IMG/VR virus record: IMGVR_UViG_3300018411_000017
Source of the DNA: a virus
Taxonomy: Duplodnaviria > Heunggongvirae > Uroviricota > Caudoviricetes
Length of the DNA stretch: 64,000 bases
Reading direction: 5' to 3' (one strand)
The notes under the pieces were generated by a model. It was not told the DNA's origin, made no database searches, and saw nothing but the letters and a program-made list of their open reading frames with translations. Each line of letters opens with the position of its first letter. Within the stretch, counting starts at the first letter, position 1. The position numbers were made by a program, and so were the translations under genes. Shown here one piece after another: positions 45,601-53,235 of this stretch.

Positions 45601-46089
45601 TCAACGGCTAGTGATAGTATTAATACGGATGGGGGAATAGACGCATCCGGTTCAATAACCACCGATTCTGGATTTATAAATACTAGCTATCCAGCAGACG
45701 CAATATTATTAGCTGGTGGTGGTGCTACAGCTCAATCTGCTTTACCATTTAAAACTGGAACTCTTATAAACGCTGGAACTGTATATTTAACTAATCCATC
45801 TCCATCTGCATCGACTGGATTGGTAATAAATTCATTTGCAATAGGTCCATATGAGTCGCAAGATGGAATTGACTATGATATAACATTTAATGTTAACTCA
45901 GGATATTCAAGTTTTGATGAAACAGCTTTAAAGAATGGGAAATATGTTATAAGTATAACATCGTTAGCTACTGGCCAAAATAGTTATTTACCTAACGTCC
46001 CTAATATATCTTATATTAACACTAATAATTTTACTGTTACAGCATATTACAACGGACCATATATTGTTAATATATTATATAGAGTTTAA
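39622..46089 (+). CDS. giant tail fiber protein (2155 aa) with phage-fiber GYGITDA repeats
   Basis: Four copies of the tail-fiber repeat (PTTLLGYGITDAYTK, PTTLTGYGITDGQP, PTTLAGYGITDAYTT, NTFLKLAGGT..); GSGLDADLLDG x2; internal duplicated module NVASATKL.T.R...GQ.FDG x2. Confidence 0.8.
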   Translation: MTEEEKTLLINEIVDYLISHSQSVEGIPIQENLDGVSSFPAIKEILNEESQVVRVSLDSILPEFRYYNGHVQYRFSSGNWINLFQVSTSLDGYATKDYVDLKVNEVISNAPVTLNTLNKIAAALNYDPSFYQNIYQAINTKWTTNPVKIANWDQAFADRHAHDNMSSLNLITDILVGKWNEAYSWGDHSEAGYEHGLGNPSSNGQILSSNTDGTRSWVDQYTHPQSTVVPGIYTKVTVDLNGHVTYGNGLSQTDIPGISWNQVPFDRPTTLLGYGITDAYTKNYIDKYLQRKYSGVVDISEILLNENTVTVPASKVNLYSNSKFEGYVSEYEIAEKTFTITGIDVKYIVVSYNNGSPEYIITQERGMINYSNVIPIITLIYDGVKIHSVNWDEQANGLSERLLKRLNRTQRFQRDGGLLINVDGSRTITISQSTIYFGASEVVYPSSSSSTNLIYQYHHSDGVWTYTRSQFLNNLEYDNGTSLVSLSSDNRYTVNWVYAGVGDDGDIITVLGTGDYKLDEVVNAQPPSILPDIIRFHGILVGKVIYQKGLNTPYQVISISEQSISSGGSVVEHNNLNGLQGGNLEEFYHLSHSEYLNAQDSLSFSSTPGTYRSVTTDLKGRIISGTNPTTLSEYGISDEDVTNSLLTGYVPGPNSEVSSTDNIIEAIGKLQAYINARQGTVTSVGISVPLGFTVLNSPITTNGIIGLGYAEGYSLPSNSIQSNWSSAYDYSLIGHLPLTGGNLSGNLGITGDLNISGNIYQSGSVYETHAENIYSKNDYIYMRDGSSTGLLDGYYSGLEFVKYDGVNNGRLAIDSYGVARVGDVGDEQPLATREETPLSNGYAYWDGLNKRFGTKLIPFFEIVNRPTTLTGYGITDGQPLDADLSAIANLSDTSGLLRKTSINTWVLDTNIYLTAITKAQVEAVLTGDIATHTHSQYLTGNQTITVSGDATGSGITSIALTLANSGVAAGTYNNVATQVRPFTVDSKGRITSIGTAVTITPDWVNITSKPTTLAGYGITDAYTTSSADNTFLKLAGGTLTDSLTIEGNGEYRLLTIGDSDGINIKLHNAYWLGIGTGRCASLSTYNNTTHLGSISVYEYPFFTNGAGTNYTIWHAGNMGSGSGLDADLLDGLNSSFFFRTNGGVKGNFNDASTLVDNSTCYWTPTTVGSPNGAYGVLMSVSDNIGWYNQLGFGTDTRIYFRQSINSPTNFGGWNTLAFTTDNVASATKLATTRSIWGQNFDGSGNVSGAMTGVSTISASGNITTSGIVYTNGKANTGDQDLSNLSTYDYVDNTFLKLAGGTMTGTLDFSVAGNNVANFKSSSSIGVVTLAGNGTYGTRLDIKNATNTANVIQLNFDGSGYFASNVTAANYLRADGATVWHSGNDGAGSGLDADLLDNMDSTYFDHRYYIGSHPDYRNIVILLFDINAWNQHRINGRFYSESGGGGRYISTDVDIWYSRWNVDTNYDKSINIVNKSIFGSLDLVTCVYNGITYLALKYDDNDQAKSWHFSGTGTESFTMVEYYNRQTSTAINSEIYNSLTDVNSWNTYSIRHGAKSFAYTDSNVASATKLQTGRYLFGQYFDGTSDVNGDCVINRNGADTGIKIYNDSDTYSSIRFNDTSGLFATIHAFTQSAHIYNGEKSINLDAAAITFGYWDDPTLYIKRPAKRVGINTTNPQSALDIASGSLTLRSFVSRDANTGEGFEIGYSNGGVLQAYDRTASAYKPITYNASQHTFNIGNVLIGTEIDSGYKLDVAGTLRTTGAATFNSLGIANTSSTSGNGISLYGGANSGKPTYGLFFGGTSTFGTHGGVSADWATYFTMDNTPARGWIFKRDTVNVASISAGGNANFNGILRVGSYISTGEAADDSYGWINVTRSASIENASYFSMVRAGSYAVGFGIATDNSIIIGGAANDRTIVDTYLKLSSQHVSTTKPFSSSNRIFTGYDSGVANSISCSGWFRSESTTGWYNATYGGGIWMNGNTYVEVYGNKAFKVTSTASDSINTDGGIDASGSITTDSGFINTSYPADAILLAGGGATAQSALPFKTGTLINAGTVYLTNPSPSASTGLVINSFAIGPYESQDGIDYDITFNVNSGYSSFDETALKNGKYVISITSLATGQNSYLPNVPNISYINTNNFTVTAYYNGPYIVNILYRV

Positions 46090-46119
46090 TTAAAATTTTA
46101 TTATTATTGATATTTTTTA

Positions 46120-46127
46120 TATCTTTG
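46120..46127 (+). promoter_or_regulatory. Bacteroidetes-type -7 promoter element (TATCTTTG)
   Basis: About 34 bp upstream of the ATG at 46162. Confidence 0.45.
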
Positions 46128-46161
46128 CAAAAAATAGATTTGATTTTTATATTTAAATATT

Positions 46162-46611
46162 ATGATTATGAATTTGAACGATGTTTTAATGAGACAAAGC
46201 TTTTTTGTTAATTTAGCTTTAAAAAATGGGAGTAAAGAACTTAGTAAAGAGCTAAAATTTAAGATTATAAACAATAGGACCAAGTTGAATAAATACAGAA
46301 AAGAGTTTGAAGAATTTATTCAGGAGTCTATTGAAGAGTTTAAGACTGATGAATACAAAGAGTTATCAGCTAAAGAAGGTAAGACCGAGAAAGAATCGGA
46401 AGAATTAAAAGGTATGACAAATAAACTTCAAAGCGAAGTAGATGGATTTATAAACAAAGTGTTATCTGAAGAGAAAGATTTTGAATTAAAGTTTACAGAT
46501 GAAGAATTGAGTGAATTAATTGATGTTAACTCCGGGATTGATGCTTCAGTAAATGGAGTTAAACTTAAATCAGAAGACTTTTTGGAACAGGTATATATAA
46601 TGTTTTCTTAA
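46162..46611 (+). CDS. hypothetical coiled-coil protein
   Basis: 149 aa; Glu/Lys-rich predicted coiled coil. Confidence 0.5.
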   Translation: MIMNLNDVLMRQSFFVNLALKNGSKELSKELKFKIINNRTKLNKYRKEFEEFIQESIEEFKTDEYKELSAKEGKTEKESEELKGMTNKLQSEVDGFINKVLSEEKDFELKFTDEELSELIDVNSGIDASVNGVKLKSEDFLEQVYIMFS

Positions 46612-46842
46612 TATTAGATTATAAAATAGTTGTATGTCAAAATATATATGTTATTCATTGGTGGTTCTTGGATAAACATAAATTCAGATAGCTTTGGTGG
46701 TTCTAGCTATTCTTCTATTTATAGAAAAAATACTTTTTAAATATACAAGAATGAACTGTTTTGATGAATTTGCTATTAAACTACAATTATATAGCCCGAT
46801 TCTTTTTAATGGTATTTAATAATATAATAAACTTTAAATAAC

Positions 46843-47103
46843 ATGAAAAAGGAAAATGTGATAGGGTGGATTTTAACTGTTTTAATTTCTATAGCTGGCG
46901 CATGGTATGCTATAGATTCACGTGTTTACTCTGTTGAAAAGAAAATTGAATTACTGCAAATGCAGATAGATAATTCGAATAAAGTTCTTGACAAACAGCA
47001 AAGGGACATGGAGGATGTTAAAGATATGTTCAATAGAATCGATAAAAATATTGTAGAAATTAGAGGTGTGTTAAACACAAAAGCCGATAAAAGTTATCGG
47101 TAA
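46843..47103 (+). CDS. small TM plus coiled-coil protein (holin/XhlA/spanin-like)
   Basis: 86 aa; N-terminal TM VIGWILTVLISIAGAWYAI followed by a coiled coil. Confidence 0.45.
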   Translation: MKKENVIGWILTVLISIAGAWYAIDSRVYSVEKKIELLQMQIDNSNKVLDKQQRDMEDVKDMFNRIDKNIVEIRGVLNTKADKSYR

Positions 47104-47114
47104 TAAAAAAAAAA

Positions 47115-47140
47115 GGGAGCACAATCGTGTTCCCTTTTTC
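47115..47140 (+). terminator. intrinsic terminator
   Basis: GGGAGCAC-aatc-GTGTTCCC followed by TTTTTCTG. Confidence 0.6.
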
Positions 47141-47293
47141 TGTTTAATGTTTAAAAGACTTTGCGTTCTTAGCAAAAGATCCACACTTAGGTCTTTTTAT
47201 GAATACACCACTGTTTGCAGGCTTTTTAATTAAAAGATTTAGATTTAATGCCATAATAACTTAGTTTGATTTGTTTTGTTGTTAAAATTGTGT

Positions 47294-47301
47294 TATTTTT
47301 G
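47294..47301 (+). promoter_or_regulatory. Bacteroidetes-type -7 promoter element (TATTTTTG)
   Basis: About 28 bp upstream of the ATG at 47330. Confidence 0.45.
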
Positions 47302-47329
47302 CAGCAAATATAATTAAAAAATAATTAAT

Positions 47330-48256
47330 ATGAATATGAACAATGAATTGTCTTATGATAAAATAAATGGAGATGTTTATTTTATAGAAGAATCTCATAA
47401 GTATGGGAACGTGAAATATCCAAATATAGAATACTTATCTGTTACAACTGCTATAGGAAAATATCATGAGAAGTTTGATGATGACTTTTGGTCTTCTTAT
47501 AAGGCTATAGAAAAAATATTTGGAATAAAAACCTTTAAAAACAGTGGAATAAGAAAAACTCTATTAAACACTAAAAAATGGAAAGATGATTATTTGGATT
47601 TAGTTGATATAGACAAGAATCTATTCTTTGATATAAAAAGAGGAATACTATTAGAATATGAAACAAATAGAAGAGAGTCTTGTGAGATAGGTACTGCTTA
47701 TCATTTAAAACGTGAGTTGGAATTTTATAATAAACCAACCATTAAAATACCTAATCTAATAGGTGACGAGACCGAATTCCAATGTGAAAAACATAATTGG
47801 GATTTATCAAGAGAAAATGCTATATTGCCAGAGTATTTAGTTTATTATCATTCTGATGATGGGTTGCTAAATATTGCAGGCCAAGTAGATTTGCTTATTA
47901 AAAAAGGCAATGAGATATCAATATATGATTATAAAAGTAATAAAAACGGTATTGATAAGAAAGCTTATTTTAATAAGTCGACTAATAGAACTAAAAGGAT
48001 GTTTTATCCTTTGACTCACATAGATGATACCACATATAATCACTATGAATTACAGCTTTCTTTTTACGCTTGGATGTTAAAAAAGGTTAATCCTAATTTT
48101 GAAATAAAACAATTAGTGTTATTACATAACCCAAGAGGAGAAGGTGAAGAAACTAGATTCGATTTGGTTTATAGAGAAAAAGAAATCGAAGCTTTAGTTC
48201 ATGATTTATGGAAACAAAAATATTTAGATAAACAAAAAAATGTTATTATGATGTAA
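47330..48256 (+). CDS. PD-(D/E)xK family exonuclease (Cas4/RecB/lambda-exo-like)
   Basis: ISIYDYKSNK (hhDYK core) and YELQLSFYAWML (QxxxY motif III). Confidence 0.6.
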   Translation: MNMNNELSYDKINGDVYFIEESHKYGNVKYPNIEYLSVTTAIGKYHEKFDDDFWSSYKAIEKIFGIKTFKNSGIRKTLLNTKKWKDDYLDLVDIDKNLFFDIKRGILLEYETNRRESCEIGTAYHLKRELEFYNKPTIKIPNLIGDETEFQCEKHNWDLSRENAILPEYLVYYHSDDGLLNIAGQVDLLIKKGNEISIYDYKSNKNGIDKKAYFNKSTNRTKRMFYPLTHIDDTTYNHYELQLSFYAWMLKKVNPNFEIKQLVLLHNPRGEGEETRFDLVYREKEIEALVHDLWKQKYLDKQKNVIMM

Positions 48257-48263
48257 AATGTAA

Positions 48264-49853
48264 ATGTATATGATTAATGAAAATGTATTATTTGGTTTAA
48301 ATGCCAAAAAAGAGATTAAGATTGGTATTGATATTGTATCAGATGCCGTTAAAAGCACTTTAGGGCCTCAAGGTAAGAACGTTATTATAGATAAATATAA
48401 TGGGTCTCCCCATATCACTAAAGACGGTGTAACGGTCGCTAAAGAGATTATATTAAAAGAAAAGTACCAATCTATGGGAGCTAGACTTATACAGGATGTA
48501 GCTGATAAAACCTGTCAAGAAGTCGGAGACGCTACAACTACATCAGTTGTTTTAGCTCAAGCTATTATAAAAGAGGGGTTGAATGTTTTGCAGAATGGAT
48601 CTGTTAATCCAACTGATCTAAGAAAAGGGATAGAAAAAGCGTCTCAAATAGTAACCGATTTTATATCTAAATCGTCTATCAGTTTAGATGATGATATTAA
48701 AATGGTAAAAGACGTAGCCACTATTTCTGCTAATAATGATGAATATCTTGGTGATATTATTAGCAATGCTATTTCAATGGTTGGTAAATATGGAGCAGTT
48801 AGAGTAGAGTCTTCTAATAATAATGAGACTTATTTAAAAACTGTTGAAGGTTTCAATATTAAAGAGCGAGGATATTTATCTCCTTATTTTATAACAAATG
48901 ACGCTACTCAGGAATGCATCCTAGAAGGAGTTGTTATTTATATCACTGACGATAAAATAGAAAAGTCTATTGATGCTATTTCTATATTAAACAACTTCGC
49001 TGCATTAATGAAAAACAACAAGAATATTAAATCATTATTAGTTATTGCTGAAGATGTAACTGGAGAAGCGTTTTCTACATTTGTCATTAACAAAGTACAG
49101 GGTGATCTTAACTTATGTGTTATAAAAGGTCCCGAATTTGGACAGAATAGGAAAGACTCCATGGAAGATATCGCTATTCTTACCAATGGAGGCGTTGATA
49201 GTATTATAAAGAAAGAAGGCAAATTTGGTTATGCTGAAAAGGTTATTGTCGGTAAGGATTCGACAATTGTATATTGTAAAAACCAAAACGATAGAGTTTT
49301 GCAACGGATTAATATTCTTAAAAGTTTAATTTCCGCTTCAAAGAATGAGTTTGATAGCAATCTATTAAAGGAAAGATTATCTCGTTTCTCTGATGGAGTG
49401 GCTACTATATATGTTGGGGCTAAAACGGAGATAGAGCTTAAAGAAAAAATGGATAGAATTGATGATGCCTTGTGTGCTACTCGTGCAGCATTAGAGGATG
49501 GAGTCGTTCCTGGCGGAGGCGTTGTGTTCTTAAAAGCTAAAGTGGAACTGTTAAAGAATAAGACTTTATTCTCTGATAACGAAAAAGCCGGATGGAATGT
49601 TATAAATGAAGCTTTACAAGCTCCTATTAGTCAACTTCTAATTAATGCTGATTTACCGGCTACTGAGATTGTAGAGGAAATACTTTCAAAAAGAACGCTT
49701 AATTATGGGTATAATGCCAAGAGTGGCAGATATGGAAATTTAATAAAGTTTGGAGTAATTGATCCTGCTAAGTCATTGAAGGTTTCATTCCAAAATGCAG
49801 TATCTATTTCTACTTTATTTTTAACTACCGAATGCGCTATAAGCTGTGTTTAA
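48264..49853 (+). CDS. groL: chaperonin GroEL (Cpn60) homolog
   Basis: 529 aa; AVKSTLGPQGKNVIIDKYNGSPHITKDGVTVAKEI closely parallels the GroEL N-terminus; GGG..VVPGGG-type C-terminal region. Confidence 0.9.
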   Translation: MYMINENVLFGLNAKKEIKIGIDIVSDAVKSTLGPQGKNVIIDKYNGSPHITKDGVTVAKEIILKEKYQSMGARLIQDVADKTCQEVGDATTTSVVLAQAIIKEGLNVLQNGSVNPTDLRKGIEKASQIVTDFISKSSISLDDDIKMVKDVATISANNDEYLGDIISNAISMVGKYGAVRVESSNNNETYLKTVEGFNIKERGYLSPYFITNDATQECILEGVVIYITDDKIEKSIDAISILNNFAALMKNNKNIKSLLVIAEDVTGEAFSTFVINKVQGDLNLCVIKGPEFGQNRKDSMEDIAILTNGGVDSIIKKEGKFGYAEKVIVGKDSTIVYCKNQNDRVLQRINILKSLISASKNEFDSNLLKERLSRFSDGVATIYVGAKTEIELKEKMDRIDDALCATRAALEDGVVPGGGVVFLKAKVELLKNKTLFSDNEKAGWNVINEALQAPISQLLINADLPATEIVEEILSKRTLNYGYNAKSGRYGNLIKFGVIDPAKSLKVSFQNAVSISTLFLTTECAISCV

Positions 49854-50082
49854 TATTATTAAAGGTCATATAAATGAAGTCTTAAAAAAAGAACAAGATT
49901 TATATTTATATAGAATAGGAATATGTAAAGAGTGTCCATTGTATACAAACACAAAAATAGGACATTTATGTGACAAAGCTAAGTATATCAATAAAGATGA
50001 TAAAATAATCCACGGTTGTGGATGTAGATTAGATGCTAAAGCAAGATTGTTTGATGAGAAATGTATATTAAATAAATGGTAA
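49846..50082 (+). CDS. small Cys-rich protein
   Basis: 78 aa; CKEC..C..HGCGC..C; sits between groEL and groES. Confidence 0.4.
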   Translation: MFNIIKGHINEVLKKEQDLYLYRIGICKECPLYTNTKIGHLCDKAKYINKDDKIIHGCGCRLDAKARLFDEKCILNKW

Positions 50083-50447
50083 TGATTATGAAAAATTTAG
50101 TAAAAGGTAAAAAGGTTACTCCATTGTATAACCACGTAGTAGTAAGAGATTTGAATGATAGCTCTAGATATTTTCCAGTTAAAAATGAAGCTGGTATCAT
50201 AAGAGCTAATGGATCATCTTTTGATGATGGAATTGAAGAGTACAATGTAGCTTCTAGTATAATGGGAATTGGAGAGGTTATTGCGGTTGGGCCAGAAGTT
50301 AAAATGGTTAAACCCGGAGATGAGGTTATGTATGATATCCGATCTATGTTGCCAATGCCAATTAAATTTGATGAAGATGAAGAACTTATGCCAAGGGTAA
50401 GACATATTAGTGAACAGAATATTAAATGTATATTTATTGATGAATAA
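50076..50447 (+). CDS. groS: co-chaperonin GroES (Cpn10)-like
   Basis: PLYNHVVVRDL ... GEVIAVGPEVKMVKPGDEV mirrors GroES (PL.DRVLVK ... GKVVAVGPG..VKVGDKV). Confidence 0.7.
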   Translation: MVMIMKNLVKGKKVTPLYNHVVVRDLNDSSRYFPVKNEAGIIRANGSSFDDGIEEYNVASSIMGIGEVIAVGPEVKMVKPGDEVMYDIRSMLPMPIKFDEDEELMPRVRHISEQNIKCIFIDE

Positions 50448-50449
50448 CT

Positions 50450-50668
50450 ATGGAAGATAAGAAGTTTTTTTCGCCTGGAGACATTGTTATGTTGAACAAG
50501 AGTCTTTCTAATCAACCTTTGCGAATGATGATTATAGGTAAAGAGGTTGATAGTTGTGGCATGCTTCTTGGCTTTAGATGTTTATTTTTTGATTATACAG
50601 GCGCACCTCACGAGTGCGTCTTTAATACGAAAGACTTAATACTGGAGGATATAGAATATGCTAAATAA
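50450..50668 (+). CDS. hypothetical protein
   Basis: 72-aa ORF. Confidence 0.4.
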   Translation: MEDKKFFSPGDIVMLNKSLSNQPLRMMIIGKEVDSCGMLLGFRCLFFDYTGAPHECVFNTKDLILEDIEYAK

Positions 50669-51230
50669 ATACTTCGTTTACGAAGATTTTAAAATTGATC
50701 TAAATAGACCAGAGCTCCTTCTAGTGAAGGAGTTCGAGTCTTTAATGGATATTAAATATAATAAATGTGATGAAGATAAGACTGGAAAGTTAAGATTGAA
50801 AGCGTTTAATATATTCAAATATCTTTTTTTGTTTCATGACAGTAGCTCACCTTATTCGGATGAACCGAGAGAGAAGAGAATGGAATATTCTCTTGCTGAT
50901 GCAGGTTTAACGAATAAGATATTGTTAGACCCTATTTTTAAAGCTGCTGAACAGAAATATGAACAACTCACAAAAACTAGATTAATGAAAACTCTTGAAG
51001 CTGCACAAGTTGCAGTGGATAAGTTTTCTATGTATTTTCATATGGTTGATTATACTGAAATAGATCCTGAGACTGGTAAAGCTAGATATAATATTAAAGA
51101 CGGCATAGCTGCTGTTTCAAACTTAGACAAATTAGTATCTGGACTTAATAAATTAGAAGAACAAGTAAAGAAAGAATCTGAAGGCGAAAGCGGAATACGC
51201 GGAGACGCTGAAAGAGGATTAATGGATTAA
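50658..51230 (+). CDS. hypothetical protein (positional candidate terminase small subunit)
   Basis: 190-aa helical protein immediately upstream of terL; no diagnostic motif. Confidence 0.3.
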   Translation: MLNKYFVYEDFKIDLNRPELLLVKEFESLMDIKYNKCDEDKTGKLRLKAFNIFKYLFLFHDSSSPYSDEPREKRMEYSLADAGLTNKILLDPIFKAAEQKYEQLTKTRLMKTLEAAQVAVDKFSMYFHMVDYTEIDPETGKARYNIKDGIAAVSNLDKLVSGLNKLEEQVKKESEGESGIRGDAERGLMD

Positions 51231-51234
51231 TATT

Positions 51235-52128
51235 ATGAATGAATTTAAAGATTGGGACGTAAAGATTGATGATCAGATAGACTTTTTTGACCCTAGTCTA
51301 TCTTATGAATTAACTGGGTATAGACCAATAACAGAAACGGAAGGATTAGACTTTGACCCTTCATGGTTTATGGAGGTTGTTGATTATAAAAATAAAAAAG
51401 GAGTACATTGTCCTAACCCTCCTGGCTCTTATGCTTTTAAAAACTTTTGGCTTGGAGAATATGATAAATGCAAAAATGGCTATAGCGTTAACGGTTATAG
51501 GATAACAGGCCATCATTATTTCTTTTTAAACTTTTATAAGCTTCTTAATGCGAATAATGTTGGCAAAGCAGGTTCTGGCCGTGAATATAGCAATCCTAAT
51601 TTTTGGGCTAAACACTATGAGTATTTTCATTATTTAGAAATGTGCGAATTGTTAGAAAAAGATGCTTGCGCTCTGAAAAGTCGTGGAGTCGGTTTTTCGG
51701 AGATTGGAGCTAGCATAGGGGCCTGCACATACTCAGTTGTGCAAAACTCAAAAACAATGTATATTGCCTCTGCTGAGAATTACTTATTGAAAAATGGTGT
51801 ATTACAGAAAGTATGGGATTGCCTTGAAACTCTTAACCAAGAAACAGAAGGAGGCTTAAGGCATTTGACGCAAAAGAAAAAAGAGCCAATGTGGAGAAGA
51901 GCTTCTGTGCTAGATAAACAAGGTCAGGAGTCTGGATGGATGTCTGAGGTATTTGGACAGGTTGTAGACAATTCAAGAAAATTAAGAGGTGTTCGTTTGG
52001 AATATTTACTATTCGAAGAATCAGGTTCTTTTAATGGATTAGTCACTGTGTATAATAAATCTGAAGCGCTAGTAAATTTGCTTGGGAAAAAGATCGGAAC
52101 AAGAATACTCTGGGGAACCGGTGAATAA
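51235..52128 (+). CDS. terL: terminase large subunit, N-terminal ATPase segment (upstream part of split gene)
   Basis: Walker-A-like KSRGVGFSEIGAS and Walker-B-like LEYLLFEESGS; ends with a stop just before the 1.1 kb insert. Confidence 0.6.
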   Translation: MNEFKDWDVKIDDQIDFFDPSLSYELTGYRPITETEGLDFDPSWFMEVVDYKNKKGVHCPNPPGSYAFKNFWLGEYDKCKNGYSVNGYRITGHHYFFLNFYKLLNANNVGKAGSGREYSNPNFWAKHYEYFHYLEMCELLEKDACALKSRGVGFSEIGASIGACTYSVVQNSKTMYIASAENYLLKNGVLQKVWDCLETLNQETEGGLRHLTQKKKEPMWRRASVLDKQGQESGWMSEVFGQVVDNSRKLRGVRLEYLLFEESGSFNGLVTVYNKSEALVNLLGKKIGTRILWGTGE

Positions 52129-52169
52129 CATTTTCTCCACCTGTTTGTTTTTTTTTATAATATTTTTTG

Positions 52170-52177
52170 TATATTTG
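52170..52177 (+). promoter_or_regulatory. Bacteroidetes-type -7 promoter element (TATATTTG) for the homing endonuclease
   Basis: 15 bp upstream of the ATG at 52192. Confidence 0.4.
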
Positions 52178-52191
52178 CATCTTAATATTAA

Positions 52192-53052
52192 ATGCGTAAT
52201 AAAATGGAAAATGTACAAAAACTGGAGATGGCTTTAATTGCGGCTGAAGAATATATAAATTCTAAAAAAGGAAGCATTAGTCTTACTCAATTGCAAAACA
52301 AATATGGTGTTAGAAGACAAGTTATTTCTAAAATTTTAAAAAATAAAGGAATTGAAGTTATAAATTATCAAAATCTGTCAAGAATAAATGAAAATATTTT
52401 TGACAATATTGATACAGAAGAAAAAGCCTATTGGCTTGGATTCATATATGCGGATGGATGTATATCCAATAATGGATATCGCTTTGAAGTTAGGTTGTCA
52501 AAAAAAGATGAAGATCATTTAATGAAATTGACTAGTTTTTTTAATGATGAAGGCAATTATAGATATGCAGAATCAAATGGGCATCAAGCTGTTCATTATT
52601 CTGTAAGAAATAAGCATTTGTGGGAAACATTAAATAATTATGGATGTACCCCAAGAAAGTCATTAACTGTCGTATTCCCTGATGAATCTATATTCTCAAG
52701 AAAAGAATTTATAAAAGACTTTATTCGAGGATATTGCGATGGGGATGGTTCATTAGGTGTTTATTTAGTTAAAAATAAAAATAGGATGCTAGAGCATTTA
52801 AGCTTTTGTGGTTCTGAAATGTTTTTAAACAAAATGGATGAATATCTTCCACGTCATTCTTCTGTATATGAAAAGAAAGACAATAAAATACATGTGATAA
52901 AATATTCAGCTTTTAAGGCAAGACTAAACGCTAGATTTATATACGAAAATTCCAATATTTACATGAATAGGAAATATAATGTTTTTGAAAATTTTTGCCG
53001 TCTTGAATTGGAAAATTCAAGATTACGACAGAGCAAAAACGGTGAAAGCTGA
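52192..53052 (+). CDS. LAGLIDADG homing endonuclease (double-motif) with N-terminal HTH
   Basis: KAYWLGFIYADGCIS (motif 1) and FIRGYCDGDGSLG (motif 2). Confidence 0.8.
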   Translation: MRNKMENVQKLEMALIAAEEYINSKKGSISLTQLQNKYGVRRQVISKILKNKGIEVINYQNLSRINENIFDNIDTEEKAYWLGFIYADGCISNNGYRFEVRLSKKDEDHLMKLTSFFNDEGNYRYAESNGHQAVHYSVRNKHLWETLNNYGCTPRKSLTVVFPDESIFSRKEFIKDFIRGYCDGDGSLGVYLVKNKNRMLEHLSFCGSEMFLNKMDEYLPRHSSVYEKKDNKIHVIKYSAFKARLNARFIYENSNIYMNRKYNVFENFCRLELENSRLRQSKNGES

Positions 53053-53235
53053 GATGCTGATACCGTGCTAAATCTTTCTATTTCGAAAGGAGAAAGATCA
53101 GTGTAACGCATAGATGCTGAATAAATATAATGCATCCACGAGTGCTCTGCACCCAGGACGGGTGAAAATATATGCTGAACTTATATGAATTCAAATATAA
53201 GAACATATGGATAAAAAGCCATATGGGTAACACAA

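Larger units (their letters stand above)
52129..53214 (+). mobile_element. about 1.1 kb insertion in terL carrying a LAGLIDADG homing endonuclease (candidate self-splicing intron)
   Basis: Separates the ATPase and nuclease halves of terL; the downstream half has no in-frame ATG; the HE has its own TATATTTG promoter; GATGCTGA motif repeated x3 downstream of the HE ORF. Confidence 0.55.

Noticed and set aside
46640-46740. 36-aa ORF (MLFIGGSWININSDSFGGSSYSSIYRKNTF) with duplicated TTGGTGGTTCT
   Set aside because: Too short to call; the duplicated 11-mer may be regulatory. Noted only.
52129-53235. Intein interpretation of the terL interruption
   Set aside because: Exon 1 ends in a stop codon, and untranslated sequence and a promoter lie between the halves, so an in-frame intein is excluded. 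An intron or a split gene remain possible.
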